DNA of 64,000 bases, from contig MU619344.1 of the NCBI GenBank assembly GCA_025201805.1, positions 1-64,000 of the forward strand, given 5' to 3'. The notes under the pieces were generated by a model, which worked only from the letters and a program-made list of their open reading frames with translations, was not told the DNA's origin and did no database searches. Position numbers and translations under genes: made by a program. This DNA is from Parasitella parasitica NRRL 2501 (Eukaryota; Fungi; Mucoromycota). This document shows positions 12,794 through 26,000 of the stretch, in pieces (positions within the stretch are counted from its first letter, which is position 1; the number at the start of each line of letters is the position of its first letter).

Positions 12794-14189
12794 GTATTAA
12801 TCATATGAAATAGGAGGATCCATGTTTCCTTACTTTTTGAAATGGGCCGAAAGTAAACAAGGCGGCAATGGTGGGCCTCATTGGACAAACGATCACATTG
12901 AATCTTTTGTAAACATTGCAGGCCCTCTTTTGGGTGTTCCCAAAGCAGTGACTTCACTGATTTCGGGTGAAACGAGGGATACAATGGCTCTGGGAAGTTT
13001 CGGCGCCTTTGTCCTTGAAAAGTTCTTCTCTCGCCGCGAACGGACTCGCCTACTACGCTCTTGGATGGGTGGTTCAAGTCTGCTGCCAAAAGGCGGTCAA
13101 ACAATCTGGGGAAATAGTGAGAGTGCGCCCGATGATCAAGAAGAAGAGAAATACGAAACATTCGGTAATATGATTTCGTTTGTCCCTCATCCAGAGGGTA
13201 TAAACGAGAATTCAACAGAGACGCCTAGCTCTGCACAGGATCCCTTAATTCGCAATTATACCATTGACGGCTCATTCCAGCTGTTACTTAAAAACGCAGA
13301 TGCAAATTTCGCAAAGCAGTTGCATGCAAACTACTCATTTGGTGTAACTGCCGATCCCAAACAGTTGGACAAGAACGAGAATGACCCTACCAAATGGTCC
13401 AATCCCTTGGAGTCTCGCTTACCTAAAGGTAATGCTTTAAAATGGATATCTTGTGAGCACTTTATCTAATTCAGATTGTTTGTATGGTATTTATAGCGCC
13501 TGACATGAAAATCTATTGCATGTACGGTGTTGGCGTGCCTACTGAGCGCAGTTATTATTACGCAGTGGCAGACGAGCACTCGGAAGACAGTTGCACAAAT
13601 CACAATGGCACAGGGTGCACACATGAAGCGAGCTATGAACATGCCAAAGCTTCCTCTGTTGACGACAAAGAGGCAGACACAGTACGATCGCCTCATCTCG
13701 TAAGTAGACAAGGTCGCTTTGTCCAAATAGAATACTGACTTTGTCCTGAAAAGTACATTGATGCCAACGTCAATGATCCTATTCAACGCATCGAAACTGG
13801 CATTCGATTCTCTGATGGTGATGGTACTGTGCCTTTATTGTCACTAGGATACATGTGCTCTCCATCAGGTGCCTGGACTAAACACGCAGATCTATACAAT
13901 CCTGGGCATAGTCCGGTCATCCTTCGAGAATATATGAACGAAGCCAGCATTAGTAAATTAGATGTGCGTGGCGGTTGCAAAGCTAGCGACCATGTAGATA
14001 TCCTTGGGAATTGGGAGATGACTGTAAGTTGGAAGACGGATTACATGAACGATCAATGAGACCTAACATTCAATTTAACAGTTGGATCTTTTGCAGATTG
14101 CGTCTGGCAAGGGATATAATGTCAGCGAGAGAATAATATCTCCCATTGAAGAGCACGCAAAGAAGGTTGATTTGAACAAGCTTGATTAA
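11752..14189 (+). CDS. LRO1: Phospholipid:diacylglycerol acyltransferase (PDAT, LCAT family)
   Basis: Basic N-terminus plus TM, PVVMIPGVVSSGLESW, FRKRMWG, ADYFITGYWVWAKVIENLA, YDWRL, lipase HSMG, GDGTVPL, HVDILG; multiple short introns. Confidence 0.95.
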
Positions 14190-14297
14190 TCAATAAACAA
14201 AATTACGCTGCTAATGTGTCTATATCACTTTATTGTTACTTGATATTTACCAAATCGCACTTGTGTGTGTGTAGACACTCATAGAAAATCTGCCTAT

Positions 14298-14973
14298 TTA
14301 ATTTCCATAGTAGGCTTGTTGCTGTTGTGGAGGCTGGTTTTGAGCATAAAGAAATGCTTCTAGCGGTTTCATCGAAGGGTTCATTGGAGCAGATGGATCT
14401 TCATTGGATCTACCTTGCAAGACATTTAATAAAGAATTTCTACGCATGTTGTCATTTATGACAGGCGGTGATTGTGGCTGTTGTTGCTTGAGTAATTCCT
14501 CGACAAAAGAAGCGCGAAGAGTCTTCTCAGGTTGGCCAAGTTCTTGATCAGCCTGAGGATCAGTTAACTGTAGCTGTTGTAAAAGATCAGCGGCCTTTTG
14601 TTGTGGTTCTGGGTTTTGCTGTTGTTGCTGATATTGAGCCTTTGCAGTAAATAGTTGATCAAGTACGTCATTAGTAGGCTGAGGAGGTTGATGTTCTGGA
14701 TGCGGTTGGGATACAGCAGGAGAAGCTGCAAAATCGTTACTAGCTTTCTTGACATTTACGCCCAGCAGAGATTTAAGAGAGGATGCAGGATCTTTAGACT
14801 TATTAGAAGGAGAAGATGGTGTCGCTGTTGAAGACTGTGTTGCTGGCTGTGGTTGCCCTGGTGCTCGAGGACGAGGAGATGCAGACCCCTTTGTTTTACC
14901 ATCCTTTTTCAGTGTCTTTTTACGTAGGTTTACGTAATGACCTAACATTCTATAAAAAAAAAAAAAAAAAAAA

Positions 14974-15030
<57 letters not shown>

Positions 15031-16028
15031 TCCATACTTCATGAATGGAACAACCATGTAAAACCTATAAGGTCCAGATTTGACATAATTCAAGCTTCCG
15101 TTTCCAGGCTTTGGTTCTGTTGCTTTGTATGTAGGTAAATCGTCTAATTTAATCCAGGATATTTGCTGTATTATCTTGGAGGTCAACAATTCAGATTGCA
15201 AATTGCTGCAGCTTATAAGCAACTTACACTGATTTCTTTTCTAGTTCTCGGTATGAATTGCGTGTCTTCAGGAACGCCTTGAATGATATATAACCGAATG
15301 CGTTGCTCACGCATAGTCAGCTCAATGTAATCTGGCTTTTTTAATAAAGGCTCAATATCGTAGCCGGTTTCCTCCAAAACCTAGATAAGCAAAAGGCACA
15401 TTGTCAGCAAACACACCCTCTGTAGGTCGATACCAGCACCTGCCTCTCTTATCGCACAGCAATCGTATTCTTCGTCTTGGTTGATTTTGCCTTTGGGGAA
15501 TCCCCAGCCTGATTTGGAGCTCCAGCCCTTCACCAAAACGCATTTATCAAGGCTAGTGTTGAGAATAATGGCACCGCAAACAGGGATACGGAAACGGTAT
15601 TGCATAAAATCAGCATAAGCACGCTCATGCTCATGTGCCCATTGATGTAACAGAGGGCAATGCTTGAATAGTGCGCAAAAGTTAAGGAAATGATCAAGAT
15701 TTGGAAAACGTTAGTAAAATGGACAGCATAAATCATCATTAAAAACAAAAAGGATATTTTTCGCAGAAAATGTCTTTAGCTGGAAAGAAGGTAGTTCTGG
15801 CCGTAATTCTCTAATAAAATCTTCATAAAACCAATGGGCCTGCTCCACTTGAAAGCAAATACGTTCAACAGATGAAAGTTCTGCCTCGGGAACGTTGATA
15901 ATGAAACGACTAAAATTGGATATTTTTAGTTGTTCGTCTGCCATTTGGTTGCAGAGCGGTTAATACCTTGATAAATCGTCTAGGATTTCTTCAAAAGTAG
16001 CACTGACAAATACCGCACTAGCTTGCAT
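14298..16028 (-). CDS. DCP2: mRNA decapping enzyme catalytic subunit Dcp2
   Basis: Box A (EILDDLSSRFIINVP..ERICFQVEQAHWFYEDF), Nudix box WGFPKGKIN..E....CAIREVLEETG, PRTRKEI; disordered Q/P-rich tail with helical leucine-like motifs. Confidence 0.95.
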
Positions 16029-16223
16029 TATTGCCCTATATATGTAAGTGAAAGAACTGCAGTAGTGGAGAGCTCGCGAGAAATTGTTTAATGACTTGAC
16101 GAGTACGCAATGGTTCTTGTGCGGCTCTACAAAGTCTTCTGCCATTGTGACTTGAACGCTAATTATGGTCCCCCACAACATGTCAACTGGAAGTCTTTAT
16201 TGACCCCTTGTTTACATTGTAAA
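16029..16223. promoter_or_regulatory. Probable bidirectional promoter between DCP2 and MRF1
   Basis: Divergent start codons only 195 bp apart. Confidence 0.55.
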
Positions 16224-17436
16224 ATGTTCAAAAGAGTTATCGGTCAAATCTCAAGATATTCTACGAAGGGTACGTCGAATAACTGCTACAATACATGAAC
16301 GATCCAAAAATTAACAGCACAGACTAGTAACCCCCGTGACATTGCAATCCAGCAGAATCACACCTCCATTGGAGAAAAAATTACAAGCACTCTCACAACG
16401 CCATGACAGTTTATTATCACAACTGAGTAGCAACAGCCTTAGCCCATCTGATCTCACAAATGCATCAAAAGAGCTGGCCCAATTGACATCACCCAAGGCA
16501 TTGTTTGAGGAGTGGATGAAAAATCGCATCGATCTCGCTGAATTACAACAGTTACTGTCTGCTAGCCAAGACAATGACGACATGATAGAGCTCGCTAAAG
16601 AGGAATATACTGATATTATGGACCGTATCCAAAAAGTAGAGAAAGATTTGATTACTGAATTAGCACCGAAAGATACAGCAGATGATGCAAGCGCCATTCT
16701 AGAAATTCGGTCTGGCGCTGGTGGAGATGAAGCATCCATTTTCTCGGCAGATATGGCTCGCATGTATGAACGATTTGCGCAGTTGCAACGTTGGAAATGG
16801 GAGGTACTTTCGAAATCGGACGAAACTGGCAATAAAGGGCTCAAGGATATTACAGTCAACATTGCCGGCAAGAATGTGTTTGGCCTACTCAAATACGAAT
16901 CAGGCGTCCATCGAGTCCAACGAGTGCCTGCCACTGAAGCACAGGGCAGAATCCATACATCAACAGTGACAGTTGCCATCTTGGCTCAGCCTACCGAGGT
17001 GGATATTCAAATCAAGGAGTCTGATCTCAAGATTGATGTGTATCGGGCATCCGGTGCTGGAGGTCAACATGTGAATACAACAGACAGTGCTGTCAGAATG
17101 ACACACATTCCAACTGGTCTAGTCGTTGCCATGCAAGATGAACGATCACAACACAAAAACAAACTCAAAGCACTCAAAGTACTCCGAGCCAAAGTATTTG
17201 AGCAAGAGAGGCTGAAAACACAGAATGAAAGAAGAGACTCTCGGAACAAACAGATCGGTACTGGCGATCGGTCTGAAAAGATCAGAACTTACAATTACCC
17301 TCAAAGCCGTGTTACAGATCATAGAATCAACTTGACTTTATATGAGTTGGAGCAAATCATCTCTGGCGAGGCGCTTATGCATGTCATTGAGCCATTACAA
17401 GAATATTACTTGGCAGAATCGTTACTAGACGAATAG
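16224..17436 (+). CDS. MRF1: Mitochondrial peptide chain release factor 1 (RF1 type)
   Basis: Presequence-like MFKRVIGQISRYSTK (intron 16270-16327), EIRSGAGGDEA, ESGVHRVQRVPATE (PxT), GAGGQHVN, GDRSEKIRTYNYPQ. Confidence 0.95.
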
Positions 17437-17715
17437 ATTTTACATGATGGCTAATGAACGGAGCTACGTCAGTACAAAATAACCTGAATCTTGACAATAA
17501 AGATGGGCAGTAGAGTCCAACCACACTAAAATGAGGTTCGATATTTAGAGTTTTATTTACGGATTTATTGGCATTTATAAAATAAAAGCTGATATGTAAA
17601 GTGAAACAGCATGATTGAAATAGAGATCATAGTAGGTATGATGTGTGTGTATGATAATGATGTCAGGTTGTTGAGATATTTACATTAGTGTTATTTACTG
17701 TGGCGATAAGGATGT

Positions 17716-19980
17716 TTAAAAAGAGCTCATGGCAGAATCAGGTTTATCTCGAAATGAATGCCCCCCTGTTGCTTGTTCGTATAGTATATTCTCCATGAAT
17801 TCACCTTGTTCTTTCAGAGACTGCGTACATAATCATTAGCTTTGAAACACTCTGTAACAACTATAGCGACTTACATCACGAGCCAATAAAGAGTTGGTCA
17901 ACATAGTCTCCCGTCTTTCCAGCTGCTTTCTTAGCTGCTGGTTTATTTCCACCTGCTCCTGCAATTTTTTCTTTTCCAGTTCCAACTCTTTGCCACGATC
18001 TTCCATTTCTTTTCGTAATGCATAATTCAATTTGGTCAAAATATCGGCTTTATCAAGGTGCCCTGATTTCTTATTTTCGTCTAGGAGCGCAGCGAGATAA
18101 TCGTTTTCATGGGTGGAGGCAATCAACTTTTGCTTCAATAAACGTACTTGCTCCGTTTGTTTGATTAGCTGCTCCGATGCTTTACGGTGCTCACGTTTGG
18201 CTTCTTTCAAGGTTGCTTCTAATGCTTGTGAATATTCACTGTCGTCGTTATTAGACCGGTTCCGCTCTTGCAGCCCTTGGAGTTCTAGCAGCTCTCGATA
18301 TTTCTCCTGCAATTCATCCATTTCTTCTTGTAGCAGTTCTCGCTCTCTTTGCATCGTGTCTGTCTTTTGCTCGAAATTACCTTCCATAGTGGCCATGCGC
18401 ACCTCTCTATCCCGGATCGTAACAATTAATTCATTGTATTGCTTCTCAAGCAGTTCTTCGCACTCTCTCTTTGTGTCCTCGATTTCCAATGCCAGACTCT
18501 GGTTTTCCTCATCCTTCTTTTTGAGTTCCTCTTGAGTTTTGGCTACATGTTCTTCGAAGGCTTCAATATCGTTGTCATGGGATTCATTGACTGATTTGAG
18601 CTCGTTCTTCAGAATCTCCATTTCTTCTTCCAGCTGGCTGATGCGCTCATCTGATTGCTGCGAATCTCTGCCCCGTTCGTTTTCTTTTTTTTCCAGATGA
18701 GATAGCAACTTGACCACTTCTGCTTCGAGTGCTTCAATCTCCTGCTCACGATCTTGTGTTTCGTTTAGTAATTCCTCGTTTTCATCTTCGTATTGACGGA
18801 CAGTCTCTATCAAAGTGCCCATGTTTTCATTGTTCACTCTTAAATCCTCATTCTCTTCCAGCAGCTGATCACATTCATTTGCCTTATTTCGCAATTGTTG
18901 TTTTGTTTCTTGCAAATTGCGGTTGAACTGATCCAATTCAAGCTTCAGACTATGAATATGCTTTTTTTTCTCCTGCAAATCCTGCACAAGATTATCGTTT
19001 CTCTCTTTTTCCATTTGGAGCTCATTTTCAAGCTGCCTGTTTAATTTTGTATTCTTGGCAATGACAGCATCCCTGTCTGCTAATATCGATTTCAACAAAT
19101 GATCGTCTGACGGACTGTTGCTGTTGTTATTGTTGTTGTTGTTGTTGTAGCGGCTGGACTGCTGGATCATTCGTTGTTGCTCTTCAATCTTTAATTTGGC
19201 CTGTCTGTATTTTCGTGACAAATCCTGATAATCCTCACTGCTGCTGGTGCTAGTGGAGGACGAGAAATCCGCCTGAGCACTGGGGTTTCTGGATCGAACA
19301 GCAGACCGTAGCTTGACGTTTTCAGATGTTACATTGGCCAGCAGTCGGCTCAAATTGTCATTTTCATCATGGAATTGCTCCGCATCTGCCTTTAGTCGCT
19401 CCAACTCCTGTTTCTCTTCCTCTGTCATGCCATGCTGTTTTGTGCATGGTTGATTCTTCAATGTATCCAGACCTTCGTTTAGTTCCAGGATGATGGTCTT
19501 GTACCTCTTTAGCTCTTGTGTGATTTTCTGGATTGTCTCTTTGAGATGAATGTTCTAATGAAATCGTTTAGTAAAGCAGTAGCATTGTATTTTACTTAGT
19601 TTGCGGACCTCTTTCAGCGCATTGTCGATACTATCGGTCGACATACCATTGAGCCGCTGCTCATAAAAGTACAAGCTTAGTCTTAGTTCAAAATTTTCCT
19701 TTTTCAAGCTATCCATTGTCTGCATGGCTGCCGTTAATTTCCTCCAAAAAAAAAAAAAAAAATTAAGGTAAAATACACCTACATTTTCCTGGTGTTTCAT
19801 CGCAAAAGAGCCATTTCCAACGTAATCTTTGGGCTTCAAGGTTGGTGATTCAGAAATGTCCTCAAGCTCAGGCCTTTTGTTCTTGAGGGACAGCGGTGAC
19901 ACCGAGAGTTGCCTGGATGTATGGATGTCTTCTATTAGTGAGACGTTTGTCGTCGACATCTCATCATCAAAGCGGCTCAT
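17716..19980 (-). CDS. Centrosomin motif 1 (CM1/Cnn_1N) coiled-coil protein; putative gamma-tubulin complex receptor (Mto1/Pcp1/ApsB-like)
   Basis: After splicing, MKHQENTMDSLKKENFELRLSLYFYEQRL matches the CM1 consensus (L.KENF.LKL.I.F.EE.L), followed by ~500 aa of coiled coil; 4 exons. Confidence 0.8.
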
Positions 19981-20085
19981 TGTTGTTATTGCAAAACGGA
20001 AAAAGGAAAAGAAAAAAAAAAGAGAAAGAGTTGTTATTCTGAGGTTAAATACGATATTTATTGGTAGATTTTTAAGGAGTGAAAA

Positions 20086-23000
20086 TTAGAAGGAAATCAC
20101 CAAAGCAACAGCCCTTTGAGGGATTCTGTCTTTTTCGTCAGAATTGGCAGGTACAGAAATAGTAAACAGCAGTTCATTTCTATCAGAATTGAGATATACT
20201 GGCAGCTCAACCAGATTCTGAGCTTCTTGTACTTGATCTGTTTTTCTGATCCATCGAATTGCAATTGGAGGAAGCTTGCTGGTGGGATTTGATGTTAGGC
20301 GGATTTCATTGTCCTGCCATTTGCCACCCTCCATCTTCATGCCGCGAATGCGGTATCCCTGAGTTTGCTTGGAATCTCCAATGTCGACATTCAGCACAAG
20401 TTCTTCCAAAGACCACTTGAATTTCTGTGCAGTTGCTTGTCTCGTGGCTGTAACATACGCTTCAGGAGTAAAGAGACTACCTATAGATATCTCCACTTGA
20501 TCAAATGATGACTCCTGGGCCAAGGATTCAACTTGCTCCAAGCGCAATTTGAGATCTGCAAGCCATGCATTGAGAGATATGCTCTTGGGAACCTTGTATC
20601 GCTTCCAATGATCAGGAATCAGTCCCTTGTTCAACCAACTCATCAACTGGCGTAAATGATTTGTTTGCTTGAGTTCTCCAACACACACCTTTTGTAATTG
20701 AGTCAAGTCTTCGCGGATAATGCCAAGCAGCTTACGAGCAATCTGATTCTCGCGCTCAAAGAATCTGAACAGCGGGTCCATAATACCAGAGCTATCGCGT
20801 TGCATGATCTTGATGTGGGTTGGCAGCAAGGTCAACCAGTTGGTGATAGATGTATTCAACGCACGCATCCAGGCAGGCTGAGTATTGTTGGCAACTTGCT
20901 TCGTATTCGAGCCACCGTTGGCAGCACCTGCGTCTTGAGAATAGGCGGTTTCATCGTCATCACTGAGACTCTTCATCTTGCGAACCTTGGAGAGCATATT
21001 ATTACCCTTCAGTGTCAACAGCACTCGCTCAGCATTCGAGGGTAAACCAAGCCAGGTAGGGGGTTCACGATCCGGTAGCTTGCCAACCCATTCCGTAAAC
21101 TGCTCCATCTTGGTTCCATCAGGCACGACAATGGACTTGTCGTTTTCACCATTGCCCTTGACAAGCTCGAAATCGATATCATAACACTCTGGCGTGAATA
21201 AAGCATTGACAAACGAGTCCAAAAGACGCTGATCGTATTCATTATCAATGCGACCACCATAGATAGACTGTTTCAAGAGGGAGCGGATGGCATCCCAGGG
21301 GATCTTTTCAGGAGAAATGTTGGCTCTACCACCAGACGCAGTATCCAGCCACTTGTCAATCGTGTTGAACGCACAATCTTGATCGGAGTCATTGAATTCA
21401 TACACCTTGGTCCAACCCAAAGGAACATAACGAAGACGCTCCTGCACAACAGCATGCAGCCAGGCCAACATAAAGTAGAGGCGAGCTCGTTCGCTGGGGC
21501 CACGAGATAAGCGGGAAGGAGGGATACTGCCGAGGGATTCCTGGAGATTGGCCTTGATTCCTGGAGGCGGTTCAAACATCAGGATGCGAGACATTCGCAG
21601 CAAATTGACGGGAACTTTGGGGTTTGTTTCCATCGTCAAGAAGAGTCTGAAGCTGCGGTGAGGCTTCATGCTGTGCAATTTCTTTTCAAGCTGGCCGAGC
21701 CACGAAGGAGCCAGGTGCACGTTCTTCAACATGACCCAATTGCCAGACTTGATAGCAGTGGAAATAGCTTGATCTGCCAGAGCAAAACCTTCTGCTGAAC
21801 CCATGGCAACAGACGTGCAGCGCATATTGGACTCGGAAACCAGGTTGTCGACACGGTAACTGGCATCGTAACCAGGGACCGAGCAAAGAGCCAAAGGAGT
21901 CGAGCTGCCCACTTCATCATTGACAACTTGCTGCAGGTTCAACTCACCCGTGTTCATAAAATCAGCGTCAAAGATTTCAGCAGCAAAGATGGATGTAGCA
22001 GGCAAAAGACGATCTGCTCTAAAGCATTTGATAACCAACATTTTACGAAGAGAATCCAGTGAACCTAGCCATGCATGTTATAAACAACGCTTTCAGCGCA
22101 ATATATATATATATATATATAGATACTTACGGTTACTTCCAGCACCTTCCCAACATAATGGCACCACTGTTTCAGGTTGATTGTGCTCAATAAAGACTCT
22201 CCAGTCATTCTCGTTTGCAATGATATAATCCACCATCTTGTTGAAGCAAGCCAAAGCCGTGAACTCCTTGATGCGTTGAGCTGTTTCGTCAGTAATAAAG
22301 TCGGGCAAGCCCATACTAGCAGCGGTTAGCGTAGATCCAACTACAGCGTCGCCACCGCTCAGAAGAAAATCGTATTCAGTTTCGTCCATGTTTTCCTGAG
22401 AGCCACGGATGCGAATTTGACAGAGCAATACAGCATACATGGTGTAGTCCTCGTGTACCAGTGTGCGAGAGGCGCGCTTGTAAGCTGCAGAGAACAAATC
22501 GTGGGATAAGATTTCCAAACGCTCAGTAGGATCAGTTATGCCCTTCAAGTTGGGATTAGCATGGATCACATATTCAAAGATCTCGTAAAAGAAGTCAAGA
22601 GAGAACTGGTAAAAGTGGTTCACCAGATTGAGCTGCTCCATGGCAAAAAAGATGGAGCTACAAGCATGGGCCAATGGAGTGTAGATGGCAGTTGTCTGCT
22701 CGACTTCTTGCATCACAGTGTTGGTTTCATCTACCTTGCGAGTGATTTCAGCTGCTTCCTTCTTGAGCGTTTCCAGCGTATCAATCACCTTATCATCGTC
22801 CAAAATGTTACCCTTGGACTCATTCAATGCTTGAAGCAGCGACTTTTCCAGATGGCGAAGCTTGAGCTGGAACTCACCCTGCAGTTTGATCAAATCCGTT
22901 CTCTTTTGATCCACGTCAGGTCTCTCGGCCTTCAGTACCTTGTTCAAACACTGGCTCTGCAAACTGCCGCGGGTGACAGTAAAGTTGACAAATGTAACGC

Positions 23001-26000
23001 GAGAACAAATGTCAGGCACAAAGTTGACAGAAGGATCACGGGTAGACAAAAACAGCGTAAAGGCAGGTGAGAAATCAATATCCTGATTGCCCAAACGAAT
23101 CAGCACACGACCACCAGTGCGGCGAAGTTCCTTGTTGAGCACAGGGTTCAAAATGGGGTCCAAATGCTCGACATCCTGGATAAGAATTGGGTTACCGAAA
23201 CGCAATGCACTCTCGAGATTCTTGATGAAACTGTCATCCAAAAAGCTGGTAACAGTGATCTTACGGTCCTTGTATTCGTTGATCAAGAAGTTGGTTGCCT
23301 GGCCAGAAGGGTCAATGATCAGAGGATATCTGTCAAAGCGCTTCAGCATAATGGCGTTTTCAATACAGAGTTGATCAGCAGGAAGCGAGTTGGCCTGCCA
23401 TGAAAGACGTTCATCCGCGGTAGACAGGTATTCAGTCAAGGAAACTTCCTGTTTGAACTGAATATTGGCTGCCAAAAGATGATCCATCCACTTTTGTATC
23501 AAAATATCACGATATTGTTGATCAAAGTAGCCACCGTAAGCCATAAATGCAGCAGCCAACAGCACATCACCCACAATAGTGCCCATTTGGCTCTCAAATG
23601 CCTGACTGGCTGACTCCCAACGTGTCTTTTCAGAAGACAAGGAGCTAAGCAAGGTGATACTACGATCGACCTTGAACTTGACACGCTCCATTTCAGACTT
23701 GATCAACTGAGTCTCTCCCACAAGCGCAGCATATTCTTCCTTGTAGCGACCAATACTGATCTCCAATTCAGAAATCATTTGTTCAATTTCAACAGCTTGC
23801 GTCTTGGTGTCGTCCGAGCTTTGTTGCAGCTGATTCAGCTCTTCACGAAGAGGTCCAACACGATCCAGAATCTCTGAAAAGTTGCATTGAGCAGTTACCC
23901 ACTTGAAAAGAGGGCCACAAGCCTTGGAAGCACGGCTCACAATATCAAACTCAAAGTTGGGGTTATTGAGGAAGTTTTGTCGCATGTGCTCTCGCAGCTT
24001 TTTAGTAATCTGCAACTCTGTGTTGTAGTTGACAATGCTTGAAATGAAATCATCTCGACGAATGATGCTTTGCACAGTCTTCCAGCTGTCTATCTTGTGG
24101 CCAAGCATGGTACAGACAGACTCCATGGTAAGCTTAACTGCCTCAGGAGGGTTACTCATAGAACGGACTTCTGTCAAATGCTGTCTCTTGATACTGCGGA
24201 CACTCTGCTCAGCTTCCTTGACTGCAGGCTCAGCATTGGCCAGATCATTATCGACAACCGTGCGTCGAGCTTCAATTTCCTATGACGATCAAACAGGTTG
24301 GAATCATACAATATTACATGGTAAACACACTGTAATTTTTTTTTTTTCTTTTTTTTATATACCTTGTTCTGGATCTTCAAATTGGCCTTGATTTGAAGAG
24401 AATCAGCCTTCTTTTGTTCAGCAATCTTCTCATCTGCCAGCATCTGCTTGATCTTTTCGTTTGCCTGATTCTCCTTCATCTCCAGCTGATTTCTCTTGAT
24501 AGCCAGACTTTTTCTCAGCTCCTCAACCTTGATGACCGTATCCTTTAGCTTTTCTAAGCCGACGTTGAGATGGCGCTGCTGCTCTTCCAAGTCCTCGCGC
24601 TTCTCATTGTACAGACGGACATAGTGCGAGATGAAATCGAGGAAATGGCGAGGCGTAGCATAGTTGTGGCGGCCTTGACGCTTGCTGAGCTTGGCATTGA
24701 TCTCGTACAGCGATTGGTGTACATACACAAGAGCATTGACCACAGCTTCGCGATGGCTCGGAGGAATAGGCAAGTTGCGGTAAGCAATGGGGAAGTTGAG
24801 GGCGGGTACAAAATTAGGAACATCGAGATCCAAGGTCTTTGTGAACTCCATGCCGACCTGGTAGAAGGCTTGATCGGGCCAATCACCAAACCAATCAAGA
24901 ACGCAACGATTGAACAGGGCAGGCGAGGTAGCAGCACGGGATGCAAGGCCGCCTTCAGGAGGATTCATGGTAAAGACAACATGCAGATTTCGCATGACTT
25001 GTTGCGTAAACCATTTGTAGAGCTCTTCATGCGAGTCGAGCATCAAACCATCACGCTGAGTGCCTTCTTTACAAGCTGTCATAAGAGATGCATACTCGTC
25101 TCCCTCAAACAAACCAGGCACCTCAGCATTGGCAAGCAATGTATTCATGCGTTCCAAGAAACCAGAGTCAAGAACGTTGGACTCGTCCATAATGAAGCAG
25201 ATCTTCTCTCCCTTGCAACCAGCTCGACGAAGGACAATTCGGAGGTCATCGTCGAAATCAGCACCCGTATACTTGTTGTGCACCTTGATTTGGTAGACGC
25301 TTAGGCCGTTCATCCAAGCAACAAAGCGAGACAGTGTGGTTTTTCCCGAACCACTGACACCGATGAGCAGCAGATGGCCCTGTGGCTGTCTAAAGACACG
25401 ATCGATACGAAGCACATGCTCCAGAACATCATTGAAAAGCACGAGAGCAACATCCAGCTCTTCTTCGTAAAACACCTTGAGACGAGCCTTGGCAAAGTCC
25501 CTCAATTGTTCACGCTTCACAGGGATGTAGTGCTTGGACAGCCAGTTGGAGAACAGAATAGGCCTCTCCAGCGCTTCTTCTTGGTTAAGAGCAGGAAAGT
25601 GCTTCATGGCAATAGAATCAATCATGTCGTCTGTCCATTTACGCTCTTCTTCGTTGACCAGACGATCTTGGAAGAGACGCAGGGCTTCGTGTGCCCATAT
25701 ACGAACCAAACCTTCCACCGTCAATGTTTCCAGCGGCTTGATGGCCTCATAGATACCACGGACCCAACGTGTCAATTCACGAGGAGAATAGATGTAGTGA
25801 GCCTGGATGTCAGGGGTAAATCGTTTTTGAGATGCCAGGTATAGATCGACCATAGCTGCCGTAAGCGGTTCAGCATATCCGCGCAGGTTAGGTACCACCT
25901 TGAGCATGGCACGGGTAAATGTACCGTAAATTTGCATCAGAGACAATTGGCCTGCATAGTCCACCATGACCAAAGGGGCATGGCGCAGGAAACGATGAGA

